The notes: a model not told the origin generated them from the sequence alone. A DNA stretch of 35,198 bases from Patescibacteria group bacterium (GCA_051747785.1 JBNJGN010000004.1:1-35198), one strand, 5' to 3'; counted from the first letter of the stretch, positions 10,571 through 20,345 are shown. Program-made: numbers and translations.

Positions 10571-11818
10571 ATGAAAGTTCTGATGTTCGGCTGGGAATTT
10601 CCTCCTCACAATAGTGGAGGTTTAGGAGTTGCTTGTAAGGGCATAGTGGATGCTCTCTGTGATAAAGGTACTACTGTTTCTTTTGTGCTTCCTACAAAGG
10701 TCCCTCTGTCACCGTCGGATAGTAATGTCCTTTTTGCTGATAAGGGGAAGGAGATGCTCTCTGCCAGGGGGGTTGATGTGCTTTTAACTCCTTATATTAC
10801 TTCAGATGTTTACGATGAAGAAAAGATAAAGGAGGACAAAAAAAAGAGCGGAAAGAAAAAGAAACGTTCTTCCGGTTATGCTAAGAACTTAGTAGAGGAA
10901 GTCTATCGTTACGGGGAGCTGGCGGGAGATATTGCCGAGAGCGAAGAGCATGATGTTATTCACGCGCATGATTGGCTTTCTTTTGAGGCTGGAATAGCCG
11001 CTAAGGAGGCCAGCGGCAAACCTTTTATAGCCCACATACATGCCACTGAGTTTGATCGGTGTGGTGAAAATGTTAATCCGAGGGTTTATGAAATAGAGAG
11101 AAGGGGATTACACGCAGCTGACTGTGTTGTTGCCGTTTCTTCTCTTACTAAAGATATAGTTGTTAATAAGTATGGCGTACCGGAGGAGAGAGTTACAGTG
11201 GTTCACAATGGCATAAGAGAGGAGGATTACAGCGGGGCCTTGGAAGAGTCTCCCGCTTCTGTGGTAAGCAGAATAAAAGATCACGGTTACAAGATCGTTC
11301 TCTTTGTTGGCAGAATAACCTTCCAAAAGGGTCCGGATTACTTCGTTAAGATGGCCAAGAAGATCAGGGCTTACGAACCCAACACCTTCTTTGTGGTCTG
11401 TGGTTCCGGGGATATGGAAAATCAGATGATCCGTGAAGCGGCCGCAGCCAAAATGTCTGACAGGTTTATATTTACCGGATTTTTAAGGGGGCAGGCCCTA
11501 AATACCGTTTACAAGAATGCTGATATATATATTATGCCTTCCGTTTCCGAGCCTTTTGGCTTAACTCCGCTTGAGGCAATGATACAGAATACACCGGTTT
11601 TGATATCTCGTCAGTCGGGAGTTAGCGAAGTTGTTGATCATGCCCTTAAAGCCGATTTTTGGGATGTTGATGATATGACCAATAAAGTTGTTTCTGTCTT
11701 GAAGAACCCATCTCTCTATCAGTGCCTTCGTTCTAACGGAAAAGTAGAGGTCTCTCGAATTAATTGGTATCCGGCCACTGATAAACTTATCTCTCTTTAC
11801 AGAAAAATGGCGAGTTAA
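10571..11818 (+). CDS. Glycosyltransferase family 4 (glycogen synthase-like)
   Basis: MFGWEFPPHNSGGLG, HAHDW, VGRITFQKG, PSVSEPFGLTPLEAM. Confidence 0.9.
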   Translation: MKVLMFGWEFPPHNSGGLGVACKGIVDALCDKGTTVSFVLPTKVPLSPSDSNVLFADKGKEMLSARGVDVLLTPYITSDVYDEEKIKEDKKKSGKKKKRSSGYAKNLVEEVYRYGELAGDIAESEEHDVIHAHDWLSFEAGIAAKEASGKPFIAHIHATEFDRCGENVNPRVYEIERRGLHAADCVVAVSSLTKDIVVNKYGVPEERVTVVHNGIREEDYSGALEESPASVVSRIKDHGYKIVLFVGRITFQKGPDYFVKMAKKIRAYEPNTFFVVCGSGDMENQMIREAAAAKMSDRFIFTGFLRGQALNTVYKNADIYIMPSVSEPFGLTPLEAMIQNTPVLISRQSGVSEVVDHALKADFWDVDDMTNKVVSVLKNPSLYQCLRSNGKVEVSRINWYPATDKLISLYRKMAS

Positions 11819-11984
11819 AGAACGCTCTTTTACCTGTTTGCCGGTAAGGTCTCTTTTGGTTTTAGTTGAACGTTGTGTACTCTAAACATCTTGTTCACAT
11901 TGCTTTATGCGCCTCTCTCAAGTTATTATATCTAACAGATGTTTAGCTTTTGATATCTCTTTAATCTTTTTAATTAAATAATTT

Positions 11985-13232
11985 ATGGCATCCATTTGCT
12001 TCTATTTTCAAGTACACCAGCCTTTTAGGATAAAAAAATACGGTATATTTGATATCGGGAGCACTGATTATTTTGATGATGACAGTGAGACGGATCTTAA
12101 TAATAAAAGGATATTAAAAAAGGTTGCCAATAAGTGCTATCTTCCGGCTAATGCCGTGTTAAAGGATGTTCTGCAGAAAAACCCGGAGTTCAAAGCCAGC
12201 TTCTCTTTTTCGGGTGTTTTTCTGGAGCAATGTGCTATGTATGCCCCCGAGGTTCTAGAGTCTTTCAGGGAACTTATTGATACTGGCAGAGTAGAGGTAA
12301 TGAGCGAGACTTACTATCACTCGCTCGCCGCGCTTTACTCTCAAAAGGAGTTTGAAAAGCAGGTCAAGCTCCACAGTGAGGCTATAAAGGAGATATTCGG
12401 TTTAGAGCCCAAGATTTTCAGGAACACCGAATTGATCTATAGCAATGACATTGCTCAAGAGGCTCGTAGAATGGGATTTAAGGCGGTTTTGGCCGAGGGG
12501 GCTGATCATGTCTTAGGCTGGAGGAGCCCTAACTTTGTTTATACTCCTCCCGGGGTAAAAGACCTGCCTCTTCTTTTGAAGAATTACAGACTTTCAGACG
12601 ATGTGGCTTTCAGGTTCGGGGAAAGGGGGTGGAAAGAGTATCCGCTAACAGCCGAGAAGTTTGCCAGCTGGGTTACTTCGCATAACGGTAGCGGAGAGGT
12701 TATAAATCTGTTTATGGATTACGAAACTTTCGGTGAACATCAGTGGGAGGACACCGGTATATTTGAATTCTTAAGACATTTTCCTTCAATGTTCTTAAAA
12801 CATAAGGATAATGATTTTGTCACTCCTGCCGAGGCAGTGGAAAAGTACAGTCCTGTTGGGGAAATAGATGTGCCGAATTATGTTTCCTGGGCGGATGTTG
12901 AGAGAGATATTTCCGCATGGCGTTCCAACGAGATACAGCATGATGCTCTAAGGTGTATATATGACATGGAGCGTGATGTTGTTGAACTTGATGACCCTGC
13001 TATTTTGCATACCTGGAGAAAACTTCAGACTTCTGACCACTTTTACTATATGTGTACTAAGTGGTTTCAAGACGGTGATGTTCATAAGTACTTTAATCCT
13101 TATGATTCTCCCTATGAAGCTTTTATTGCTTTTTGTAATGTGGTAAGTGATCTTAAATTACGCATAGAAAGCAAAAAGAAAGAAGATTCTGTTGACCTTA
13201 AAAATAAAGAAGTGTTAGAAAAAGAAATTTAA
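11985..13232 (+). CDS. Glycoside hydrolase family 57 (alpha-amylase-like)
   Basis: FQVHQP, ETYYHSL, FRNTELIY (nucleophile), MDYETFGEHQW (acid/base), TSDHFYYM. Confidence 0.92.
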   Translation: MASICFYFQVHQPFRIKKYGIFDIGSTDYFDDDSETDLNNKRILKKVANKCYLPANAVLKDVLQKNPEFKASFSFSGVFLEQCAMYAPEVLESFRELIDTGRVEVMSETYYHSLAALYSQKEFEKQVKLHSEAIKEIFGLEPKIFRNTELIYSNDIAQEARRMGFKAVLAEGADHVLGWRSPNFVYTPPGVKDLPLLLKNYRLSDDVAFRFGERGWKEYPLTAEKFASWVTSHNGSGEVINLFMDYETFGEHQWEDTGIFEFLRHFPSMFLKHKDNDFVTPAEAVEKYSPVGEIDVPNYVSWADVERDISAWRSNEIQHDALRCIYDMERDVVELDDPAILHTWRKLQTSDHFYYMCTKWFQDGDVHKYFNPYDSPYEAFIAFCNVVSDLKLRIESKKKEDSVDLKNKEVLEKEI

Positions 13233-13237
13233 TATTT

Positions 13238-13825
13238 ATGGGAAAAGATAAAGAAAATAAAAAAAGTTTATGGAATATGTTCTTTGGTGTCCTCGATGAC
13301 GAAGAGGATAAAGATGTTTATCCGGAGGAGGACTATGAGGACGACGAGGACGATAACCTAGCTTCTGTTCTGGAAGGAAAAGATAAAAAAAAGAGTAAAA
13401 AGAGTAAAAAGATAGTCCCCGTTTTTGAAGATTCTAAAGAGCTCTCTTTTGGTAACGATGATGATAGAGGGAATGAAGAGGGTAAAGGAGATGACGTTAA
13501 AGAAGAAGCGGAAGAGGGGATAAAAGGAGAGGATAATAAAGAAAGCTTTTCAGCAGAAGAGTTGGATCGTCGTTTTATAGCACCTGCTGAACATTACTTC
13601 TTTGTTCACAACGGCCCCACTCTCAAGGATCTATACGATCTGGAGTATTACTTGGGCACCATAACTGAAGATCAGCTTCGACATCATGTAAAAGAAGACG
13701 ACAATGATTTTGCCAACTGGGTAAGGGGTGTTTTTAAAGAAGAGAACTTGGCGGCTGAACTTGAGCGTGCCAAAGATAGAGATACTATGTGTTCTATATT
13801 AAGTAGCTTTTTAAATTCAAGGTGA
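13238..13825 (+). CDS. Acidic protein with C-terminal DUF5752-like domain
   Basis: D/E-rich N-terminus; C-terminal FFVHNG..LKDLYDL...HHV...NDFANWVRGVF..LA pattern; lies between GH57 and GH15. Confidence 0.6.
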   Translation: MGKDKENKKSLWNMFFGVLDDEEDKDVYPEEDYEDDEDDNLASVLEGKDKKKSKKSKKIVPVFEDSKELSFGNDDDRGNEEGKGDDVKEEAEEGIKGEDNKESFSAEELDRRFIAPAEHYFFVHNGPTLKDLYDLEYYLGTITEDQLRHHVKEDDNDFANWVRGVFKEENLAAELERAKDRDTMCSILSSFLNSR

Positions 13826-13831
13826 TATTTT

Positions 13832-15808
13832 ATGTCTCGCCCTTTGGTCTTTGGAAACGGAATGATACTGGTTGGCTTGGATAGGTATGCCCAAGTAAGG
13901 GACTTTTACTTTCCTTATGTTGGCTCTGAGAACCACATTGGGAGAAGAGATGTTCATAAGGTAGGAGTTTGGGTGGATGGTGAAATGAGCTGGTTCTCTG
14001 AGGAGGAGTGGCATATTGAAAATCGCTATAAGGAGGAGATGATGACCTCTGATATAACCGCTCACAATGAGAAGATGCGTCTGACGGTTCGCTTTTCCGA
14101 TGTTGTTTATAATGAGAAGAATATTTTTCTCCGTTCCATAAACGTTGAAAATCACGATGAACGTAAGCGGGAAGTTAAGATATTTTTCAATCAACAGTTT
14201 GAAATATCACAAACATATTATGCCGATACAGCTTATTACAACCCGGCTCTCAGGGCCCTTATACACTACAAAGGTCGGAGAGTTTTTCTAGTTGGCGGCA
14301 GAAACAGTAAAGGAGAGTTCTTTTCTGAATACTCTACCGGTCTTTTTAATATAGAAGGAAAAGAGGGGACATGGAAAGACGCCGAAGATGGAAAGCTTTC
14401 TAAGAATCCTATAGAACATGGAGCTGTTGATTCTACATTGGGTATAGTAATGGACATTGAAGCCAGGGAGAGTGAGCAGGCTTACTATTGGATATGCGTA
14501 GGCGAAACTCTCGGTGAGGCTGAGAGATTACAGGACCATCTTCTGCATAAAACTGAGGATCATATAATAGAGACGACTAGCAATTTCTGGCAAGCATGGG
14601 TTAATAATTTTGACCTATCATTTGAAGGGCTTTCAAAGGAGGTAGTAGATCTTTTCAAGAGGTCTCTTTTGGTTATAAGAACTCATTGTGATAATAGAGG
14701 GGGCATAATAGCTTCAGGAGATTCCGCTCAATTTCAGTACGGAAGAGATACGTATAGTTATGTATGGCCCCGTGACGGTGTTTTTATAGCTCTTAGTATG
14801 GATAAAACGGGATATTCAGAGATACCGGAACGTTTTTATAGATTTTGCAATAAGGTAATGACCCAAGGTGGTTATATGTTACACAAGTACCAGCCGGACA
14901 TGTCCTTGGGAAGCTCGTGGCATCCTTGGACTCAAGGAGAAACCCCTCAGCTTGCTATCCAGGAAGACGAGACCGCACTGCTTCTTGTTGGTTTATGGGA
15001 GCATTATCGTTTTAGTAAAAACTTGGAATTTGTTGAGGAACTTTATAACCCTTTCGTTAAAAATGCAGCGGAATTCATTATTAGCTATCGTGACAATGAT
15101 ACCGGCTTACCCAGGCAGAGTTATGATCTTTGGGAAGAGAATTACGCTGTGTCAACTTTTACAGCCTCCACGGTTTACGGAGCACTGATAGCTGCTTCTA
15201 AATTCGCCGATCTTTTGGGTAAGGAGGAAGAGCGTGATAGGTATGCACATATAGCGGAAGAGACAAGAAAAAGAATAATTGAACATCTCTATGATGAAGA
15301 AAAAGGTGTATTTTATAAGTCAGTTCGCCTTGAAGAGGGTGGAGTGGTTCCTGATCACACTGTAGATTCGAGTTCAATTTACGGGTGCTTCCGTTTCGGC
15401 GTACTTTCGGTGGATGATGAGAGAATGGAGAGGGCTTTTGAGAATACCAAAAAAGCCATCTCTGATCCGGTGCCGGTTAGTGGTTTTGTTCGGTACGAAA
15501 ATGACAAGTATCATGCTCCTGAAGGAGGTTATGAGGATGTGCCCGGTAATCCGTGGTTTGTGACCACTCTTTGGATGATTCAGTATAAAATTGCACGCTC
15601 CTCTTCAGAGGATGATCTGCAGTTTGTAAACGACGAGCTGATGTGGTGTGTAGATAAAGCTCTTACTAGCGGAGTGCTGTCCGAACAGGTCAGTCCTTAT
15701 ACGGGTGAGCAGCTTTCGGTGGCTCCTCTGATATGGAGTCATGCTGAGTTTGTTTTGGCTGTTATAGAGTATTTAAATAAACTCAAGGAAATTAGAGGAG
15801 AGCAGTAA
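13832..15808 (+). CDS. Glycoside hydrolase family 15 (glucoamylase-like)
   Basis: GGIIAS, YSYVWPRDG, QEDET, SYDLWEE, LSEQ, PLIWSHAEF. Confidence 0.92.
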   Translation: MSRPLVFGNGMILVGLDRYAQVRDFYFPYVGSENHIGRRDVHKVGVWVDGEMSWFSEEEWHIENRYKEEMMTSDITAHNEKMRLTVRFSDVVYNEKNIFLRSINVENHDERKREVKIFFNQQFEISQTYYADTAYYNPALRALIHYKGRRVFLVGGRNSKGEFFSEYSTGLFNIEGKEGTWKDAEDGKLSKNPIEHGAVDSTLGIVMDIEARESEQAYYWICVGETLGEAERLQDHLLHKTEDHIIETTSNFWQAWVNNFDLSFEGLSKEVVDLFKRSLLVIRTHCDNRGGIIASGDSAQFQYGRDTYSYVWPRDGVFIALSMDKTGYSEIPERFYRFCNKVMTQGGYMLHKYQPDMSLGSSWHPWTQGETPQLAIQEDETALLLVGLWEHYRFSKNLEFVEELYNPFVKNAAEFIISYRDNDTGLPRQSYDLWEENYAVSTFTASTVYGALIAASKFADLLGKEEERDRYAHIAEETRKRIIEHLYDEEKGVFYKSVRLEEGGVVPDHTVDSSSIYGCFRFGVLSVDDERMERAFENTKKAISDPVPVSGFVRYENDKYHAPEGGYEDVPGNPWFVTTLWMIQYKIARSSSEDDLQFVNDELMWCVDKALTSGVLSEQVSPYTGEQLSVAPLIWSHAEFVLAVIEYLNKLKEIRGEQ

Positions 15809-15865
15809 CATATTATTAATATTTACTGTATCTATTTTTCACTATTTTGTGTTAAAATAGCTCTA

Positions 15866-16228
15866 ATGTCAGTAATAATAGCCAAATGGTTAGTAGGCGC
15901 ACTTTCTGTAATGTTGGTAGCCGAGGTCTTGGATGCCGTATCGGTATCTGGTCCTTATATCGCTCTGATAGTGGCTTTAATATGGGGTTTTATGAATATT
16001 TCTGTAAGACCTATTTTGATCTTTATAACTCTTCCCTTGAATATATTAACTTTCGGTCTTTTTACCTTCATGATAAACGGATTACTTTTGCTGTTTTTGG
16101 CCTCTTTTATAGACGGGCTTTCGGTTGATGGATTCTGGTGGGCGGTATTAGCCGCCGCTCTGGTGGCTGCTGTTAATTGGGTTGGTAATAGGATGATACT
16201 TTCTATAGCTAAGGTGGATTCTGAGTAG
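15866..16228 (+). CDS. YvlD/phage-holin-4-like 4-TM membrane protein
   Basis: VRPILIFITLPLNILTFGLFTFMING and VDGFWWAVLAA signature. Confidence 0.85.
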   Translation: MSVIIAKWLVGALSVMLVAEVLDAVSVSGPYIALIVALIWGFMNISVRPILIFITLPLNILTFGLFTFMINGLLLLFLASFIDGLSVDGFWWAVLAAALVAAVNWVGNRMILSIAKVDSE

Positions 16229-16316
16229 TGTTTGCTTGTCAAAAAAAGAATGTAAGTCCATACTGGGTTTACTCTTTTTGAGTGATTAAAAGTTTATTAG
16301 ATGAATTTATAAAATA

Positions 16317-17219
16317 ATGAGTATTAAGATAGTTACACATAATGGCCACTATCATAGCGACGACATTTTTGCGGTGGCTGTTTTATCCCTTTATTTGAAA
16401 GAAGAGGAAAATGAAATAGAGGTAATAAGAACTCGTGATGAGGAGGTAATAGAAAAAGCGGATTTTGCCGTTGATGTGGGCGGATCCCATGATCCAGAAA
16501 ATGGCCTTTTTGATCATCATCAAGAAGAGGGAGTGGGTGCTCGCGACAACGGGGTGCCTTATGCCGCCTTTGGCCTTGTTTGGAAGTACTACGGCGTTGA
16601 TCTCGCCGGTGGACAGGAGGAGGCAGAGACTGTTGATCGTAAACTGGTTCAACCTATTGATTCCGAGGACAATGGAGTGAAAGTGTCGCAAAATGTTTTT
16701 GAAGACATCTCCCCTTATACCGTGCAAGACTTTTTCTTCGCTTTCTTGCCGACCTGGAGGGAGGCGGACGCTGTAGATGTGGATAAAGTTTTTATGAACT
16801 GTGTTGATATAGCTAAAAGTGTGCTTAAAAGAGAGATAGTAAAAGCTAAGGATGAAAAGTATGGCAAAGAGATGGTAAAGAAAAGTCTGAATGAATACTC
16901 TGGAGAGAAGGTTGTCGTTTTAGATGATTACTATCCTTGGAAAGATGCTGCCGTAGAACACTCAGATCTTCTCTTCATGATCTATCCTAGTTCTCAGGGC
17001 GATTCTTGGCATGTTCAAGGTGTTCCGTCTGAGAGGGGTTCTATGGATACACGTCTTTCTTTTCCTGAGGAATGGAGAGGTAAAAGAGAGTCGGAAATTC
17101 CCGATGTAACAGGAGTTGAGGATGCCCTTTTCTGCCACAAAGCCGGCTTTTTGGCTGTGGCCAGGTCAAAGGAAGGAGCGCTGGATCTGGCCTATAAGGC
17201 GCTGGAAAATAATGAATAA
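16317..17219 (+). CDS. MYG1 family (DHH-like) exonuclease
   Basis: THNGHYHSDD, RTRD, VDVGG, FDHHQ, GLVWKYYG, FCHKAGF. Confidence 0.9.
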   Translation: MSIKIVTHNGHYHSDDIFAVAVLSLYLKEEENEIEVIRTRDEEVIEKADFAVDVGGSHDPENGLFDHHQEEGVGARDNGVPYAAFGLVWKYYGVDLAGGQEEAETVDRKLVQPIDSEDNGVKVSQNVFEDISPYTVQDFFFAFLPTWREADAVDVDKVFMNCVDIAKSVLKREIVKAKDEKYGKEMVKKSLNEYSGEKVVVLDDYYPWKDAAVEHSDLLFMIYPSSQGDSWHVQGVPSERGSMDTRLSFPEEWRGKRESEIPDVTGVEDALFCHKAGFLAVARSKEGALDLAYKALENNE

Positions 17220-17222
17220 TAT

Positions 17223-18212
17223 ATGGCTTTTACTGATGAAATAACAATAAGCTTAAAAGCCGGAAAGGGAGGCGACGGCGTCGTTCGCTGGAGGCACGAG
17301 AAATATAAAGAGAAGGCCGGTCCCAGCGGAGGCAACGGCGGACGCGGTGGCAGTGTCAAGGCTGTAGCGGTCAGGGACATTTTCCGTCTTTCTCACTATG
17401 CCCAGTTTCCGGAGCTATCGGCCCAAGACGGAGAGGAGGGCATGAAAGAAAGCAGAACCGGAGGCGGGGGAGAGGATCTGGTGCTTGAGCTTCCGGTGGG
17501 CTCTGTTATTACTAACACTAAAAGCGGAGAAAGGTTTGAACTTTTAAAAGAGGGGAAGGAAGTCCTGCTTTTAAGGGGAGGTAAGGGTGGCTTTGGTAAT
17601 GAATACTTTAAAAGCTCCAGGAACGTAACTCCTAAAGAACAAACTGACGGCAAGCCCGGAGAGAGCGCTGATTTTCATGTTGAACTGCGTTTAATAGCCG
17701 ATATAGGGCTTGTTGGTTTTCCCAATGCCGGTAAATCAACTCTGTTAAATTCTCTTACGGGGGCTAAAAGTAAGGTTGGTAGCTATAAATTTACCACTCT
17801 TGAACCTTATTTAGGTGATTTGCATGGAGTGATAATTGCGGATATTCCGGGCTTGATAGAAGGTGCTTCCCAGGGGCGTGGTCTGGGGCATGCCTTTTTA
17901 AGGCATATATCCAGGACAAGGTTACTGGTCTTTTGTATTTCGGCTGACTCCGAAGATGCAGTCAAAGAGTACGAAGCGGTGAAAGGGGAGTTAGAGAGTT
18001 ACGATGTATCAATGCTTGAAAAGCCGGCCGTGCTGGTGATCACTAAGTCTGATGTTGTTGATGAGAATTATTTGGAGAAAATAAAAAAAGAAACTTCCGC
18101 CAAAACCGGTCTTTCAGTCTATTCAGTATCAATACTTGATGATGAGAGTGTTAAACATCTTTCCGGAAAGCTGACTGATTGGGCGGAAAAAAAGGATGAA
18201 CAGCTTTCTTGA
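17223..18212 (+). CDS. obgE: Obg family GTPase ObgE/CgtA (short C-terminus)
   Basis: Gly-rich Obg domain (AGKGGDG, GGNGGRGG), GFPNAGKST, FTTL, DIPG, TKSD. Confidence 0.95.
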   Translation: MAFTDEITISLKAGKGGDGVVRWRHEKYKEKAGPSGGNGGRGGSVKAVAVRDIFRLSHYAQFPELSAQDGEEGMKESRTGGGGEDLVLELPVGSVITNTKSGERFELLKEGKEVLLLRGGKGGFGNEYFKSSRNVTPKEQTDGKPGESADFHVELRLIADIGLVGFPNAGKSTLLNSLTGAKSKVGSYKFTTLEPYLGDLHGVIIADIPGLIEGASQGRGLGHAFLRHISRTRLLVFCISADSEDAVKEYEAVKGELESYDVSMLEKPAVLVITKSDVVDENYLEKIKKETSAKTGLSVYSVSILDDESVKHLSGKLTDWAEKKDEQLS

Positions 18213-18270
18213 GTTTTGGATTTGCCATTTTTGGTGTGTGGCTTTATTGTTTAAGTAAATAAAACATCTT

Positions 18271-19692
18271 ATGAAAAATTATAAACCTACCATTGGCTTG
18301 GAGATACACGCTCAACTGCATACAAAGAGCAAGATGTTCTGTCGCTGTATCAACGATCCTGACGAGAGAAGGCCTAACGTTAACATATGTCCCATATGTA
18401 CAGGACAGCCCGGAACTTTGCCTGTGGCCAATAAAGAGGCTATAAGAAAAATGTTGCAGATAGGTGCCGGTTTAAACGGAGAACTGGCTGATTTTACGGA
18501 GTTTGATAGAAAGCATTACTTCTATCCGGATATTCCCAAGGGTTACCAGATAAGCCAGCATCAACATCCTCTTGTTAAAGGCGGAGAGCTCTCAGGGGTT
18601 ACGCTAACAAGAATACACTTGGAAGAAGACACTGCTCGTTCTACTCATGATAGAAAAGGTGGAACCTATATTGATTTTAACCGCTCTGGTTTGCCTCTTA
18701 TGGAGCTTGTTACTGAACCGGAAATTGAGAGCGGTAAAAAGGCTGCCCAAGTTGCCAAAGAACTGCAGCTCTTGCTTCGTTATCTTGATGCCGGTAAGGC
18801 CAATATGGAAAAGGGGGAAATGAGAGTTGAGGCAAATCTTTCAGTCAGTGATTCCGAGAAGCTTGGAACCAAAGTGGAGGTTAAAAATCTTAACTCATTT
18901 AAGGCCGTTGAAAAGGCGGTGGCTTTTGAGATAGAAAGGCATATAGATCTACTGGAGAAAGGTGAGAAGATAATTCAAGAAACGAGAGGATGGGACGAGG
19001 AGAAGCAGATAACAGTCTCGCAGAGAAAGAAAGAGGAGTCACACGATTATCGTTATTTTCCCGAACCGGATATACCTCCGTTCGTTCTATCTGAATTTGA
19101 AGAATTCTCATTGGATTCCATAAAAAGATCCCTTCCCGAGTTGCCTTGGGATAAAAGAGACAGATACAAGAAAGATTTTAATTTACCGGATGAACAGGTG
19201 GAGGTTTTTATCAACTCTCCTGTTTTAGCTTTATTCTTTGAGGATGTAATAAAAGAGATATCCTCAGTGGATAAAGAAGCGATTAAGAAAGTGGTTAATT
19301 ACATTGCCACTGATCTTGTGGGTTTAATGAAGGAAGAGGAAAAGGGCGAGGTACCTTTTTCTTCGTCTCAGTTTGCTGAATTAATGAACATGATAATAGA
19401 TAGTGAGCTCTCTTCCAGGGGAGGTAAGGATGTACTATCTTATATGTACAAAGGTGATAAGGGTTCGGCGCGTGAAATAGCTGAAAGATATGAACTTATT
19501 CAGTCCAGTGATAGCGGTGAACTTGACTTTTTGGCTGAGGAGGTCATAAAAGAGAATACTCAAGTAGCTGAGGATTATAAAGGGGGAAAAGAGAGCTCTC
19601 TACAGTTTCTTGTGGGCCAGGGCATGAAAAAGAGTAAAGGATCTGCCAATCCAAAGATGTTAAGTGAAGCGTTGAAAGAAAAACTGAGCTAA
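18271..19692 (+). CDS. gatB: Asp-tRNA(Asn)/Glu-tRNA(Gln) amidotransferase subunit B
   Basis: IGLEIHAQL, RKHYFYPDIPKGYQISQ, HLEED, DFNRSGLPLMELVTEP, DYRYFPEPD. Confidence 0.97.
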   Translation: MKNYKPTIGLEIHAQLHTKSKMFCRCINDPDERRPNVNICPICTGQPGTLPVANKEAIRKMLQIGAGLNGELADFTEFDRKHYFYPDIPKGYQISQHQHPLVKGGELSGVTLTRIHLEEDTARSTHDRKGGTYIDFNRSGLPLMELVTEPEIESGKKAAQVAKELQLLLRYLDAGKANMEKGEMRVEANLSVSDSEKLGTKVEVKNLNSFKAVEKAVAFEIERHIDLLEKGEKIIQETRGWDEEKQITVSQRKKEESHDYRYFPEPDIPPFVLSEFEEFSLDSIKRSLPELPWDKRDRYKKDFNLPDEQVEVFINSPVLALFFEDVIKEISSVDKEAIKKVVNYIATDLVGLMKEEEKGEVPFSSSQFAELMNMIIDSELSSRGGKDVLSYMYKGDKGSAREIAERYELIQSSDSGELDFLAEEVIKENTQVAEDYKGGKESSLQFLVGQGMKKSKGSANPKMLSEALKEKLS

Positions 19693-19703
19693 TGAAATTT
19701 TTG

Positions 19704-19743
19704 TAAAATAAAACCTCTCGCTTAAAGCGAGAGGTTTTATTTA
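19704..19743. terminator. Bidirectional intrinsic terminator between convergent gatB and rnpB
   Basis: TAAAATAAAACCTCTCGCT-taa-AGCGAGAGGTTTTATTTTA perfect stem with A/T tracts on both sides. Confidence 0.85.
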
Positions 19744-19775
19744 TGTGGTCTGTATCTGTAAGCCGAATTCTGTAA

Positions 19776-19867
19776 CCCGCTCTTTTAAATTTCGCTACCT
19801 TGATCATCTCATTTATCACTCTCTGTCTGAATAGTCTGGCTAAATAACAAAATCTAAAAGAGCGGGG
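19776..19867 (-). repeat. Hairpin element copy 1 (in rnpB P19)
   Basis: CCCGCTCTTTTAAATTTCG ... CAAAATCTAAAAGAGCGGGG. Confidence 0.85.
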
Positions 19868-19917
19868 TGACAGTCATTTATCTGGGATGAATGTTGCCAT
19901 TCACCTCAAGCGGCACT

Positions 19918-20014
19918 CCCCGCTCTTTTAAATTTCGTTGATATTAATCTGAACCACTTTTACTAATTTATAAGCGAACTATCTATCTGTCTAACGAAAT
20001 CTAAAAGAGCGGGG
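19918..20014 (-). repeat. Hairpin element copy 2 (in rnpB P15/P16 region)
   Basis: CCCCGCTCTTTTAAATTTCGTT ... AACGAAATCTAAAAGAGCGGGG. Confidence 0.85.
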
Positions 20015-20216
20015 CACGGCCTTGCACTCGGTAAGGATTTAGCCGTTTCACCTCTCCGTTGCCGGAGAGTTATTCCCGGAGGGAATCCTCTGCCTTTCGG
20101 CTTCGGCGTCACTGCTCGCACCTCTCCCTACACTTTACTAGTAAAGTGTAGGGGACGGGTGTTACCCGCTACCATTTTAGACGTTTTAAAGAACGAATGA
20201 GTGTTCGGACTTTCCT

Positions 20217-20291
20217 CCCCGCTCTTTTAAATCCCGTTACGACTTTTTTCTTATACAGGTATTTAATTTAACAGGCCCTAAAAGAGCGAGG
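20217..20291 (-). repeat. Hairpin element copy 3 (in rnpB P3)
   Basis: CCCCGCTCTTTTAAATCCC ... GGCCCTAAAAGAGCGAGG. Confidence 0.85.
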
Positions 20292-20316
20292 CGACTGTCC
20301 GATACAGACCTTTTAT

Positions 20317-20345
20317 ATTATACAATATAATATTCAACTGTTCAA
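20317..20345 (-). promoter_or_regulatory. Sigma70 promoter of rnpB
   Basis: Minus strand TTGAAC-17 nt-TATAAT, 6 nt before the P1 5' end at 20310. Confidence 0.75.

Larger units (their letters stand above)
19747..20310 (-). ncRNA. rnpB: RNase P RNA (bacterial), about 564 nt with expanded P3, P15-region and P19 helices
   Basis: Minus strand reads GGUCUGUAUC-GGACAGUCG...GAGGAAAGUCC...GUGAAACGG...GCAAGGC...AGAUAAAUGACUGUC...ACAGAAUUCGGCUUACA-GAUACAGACC; P1, P2 and P4 pairings all present. Confidence 0.93.

Noticed and set aside
11823-11832. CGCTCTTTTA as a fourth copy of the rnpB element
   Set aside because: 10-nt match with no partner arm
15866-16228. Prophage suggested by the holin-like gene
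   Set aside because: YvlD-like proteins are common chromosomal membrane proteins; no phage genes nearby
19544-19819. 91-aa minus-strand ORF
   Set aside because: Overlaps gatB, the terminator and the rnpB 3' end; no protein features
19776-20291. Repeats with variable interiors as a CRISPR array
   Set aside because: They are inverted arm pairs, irregularly spaced, embedded in RNase P RNA helices; no cas genes
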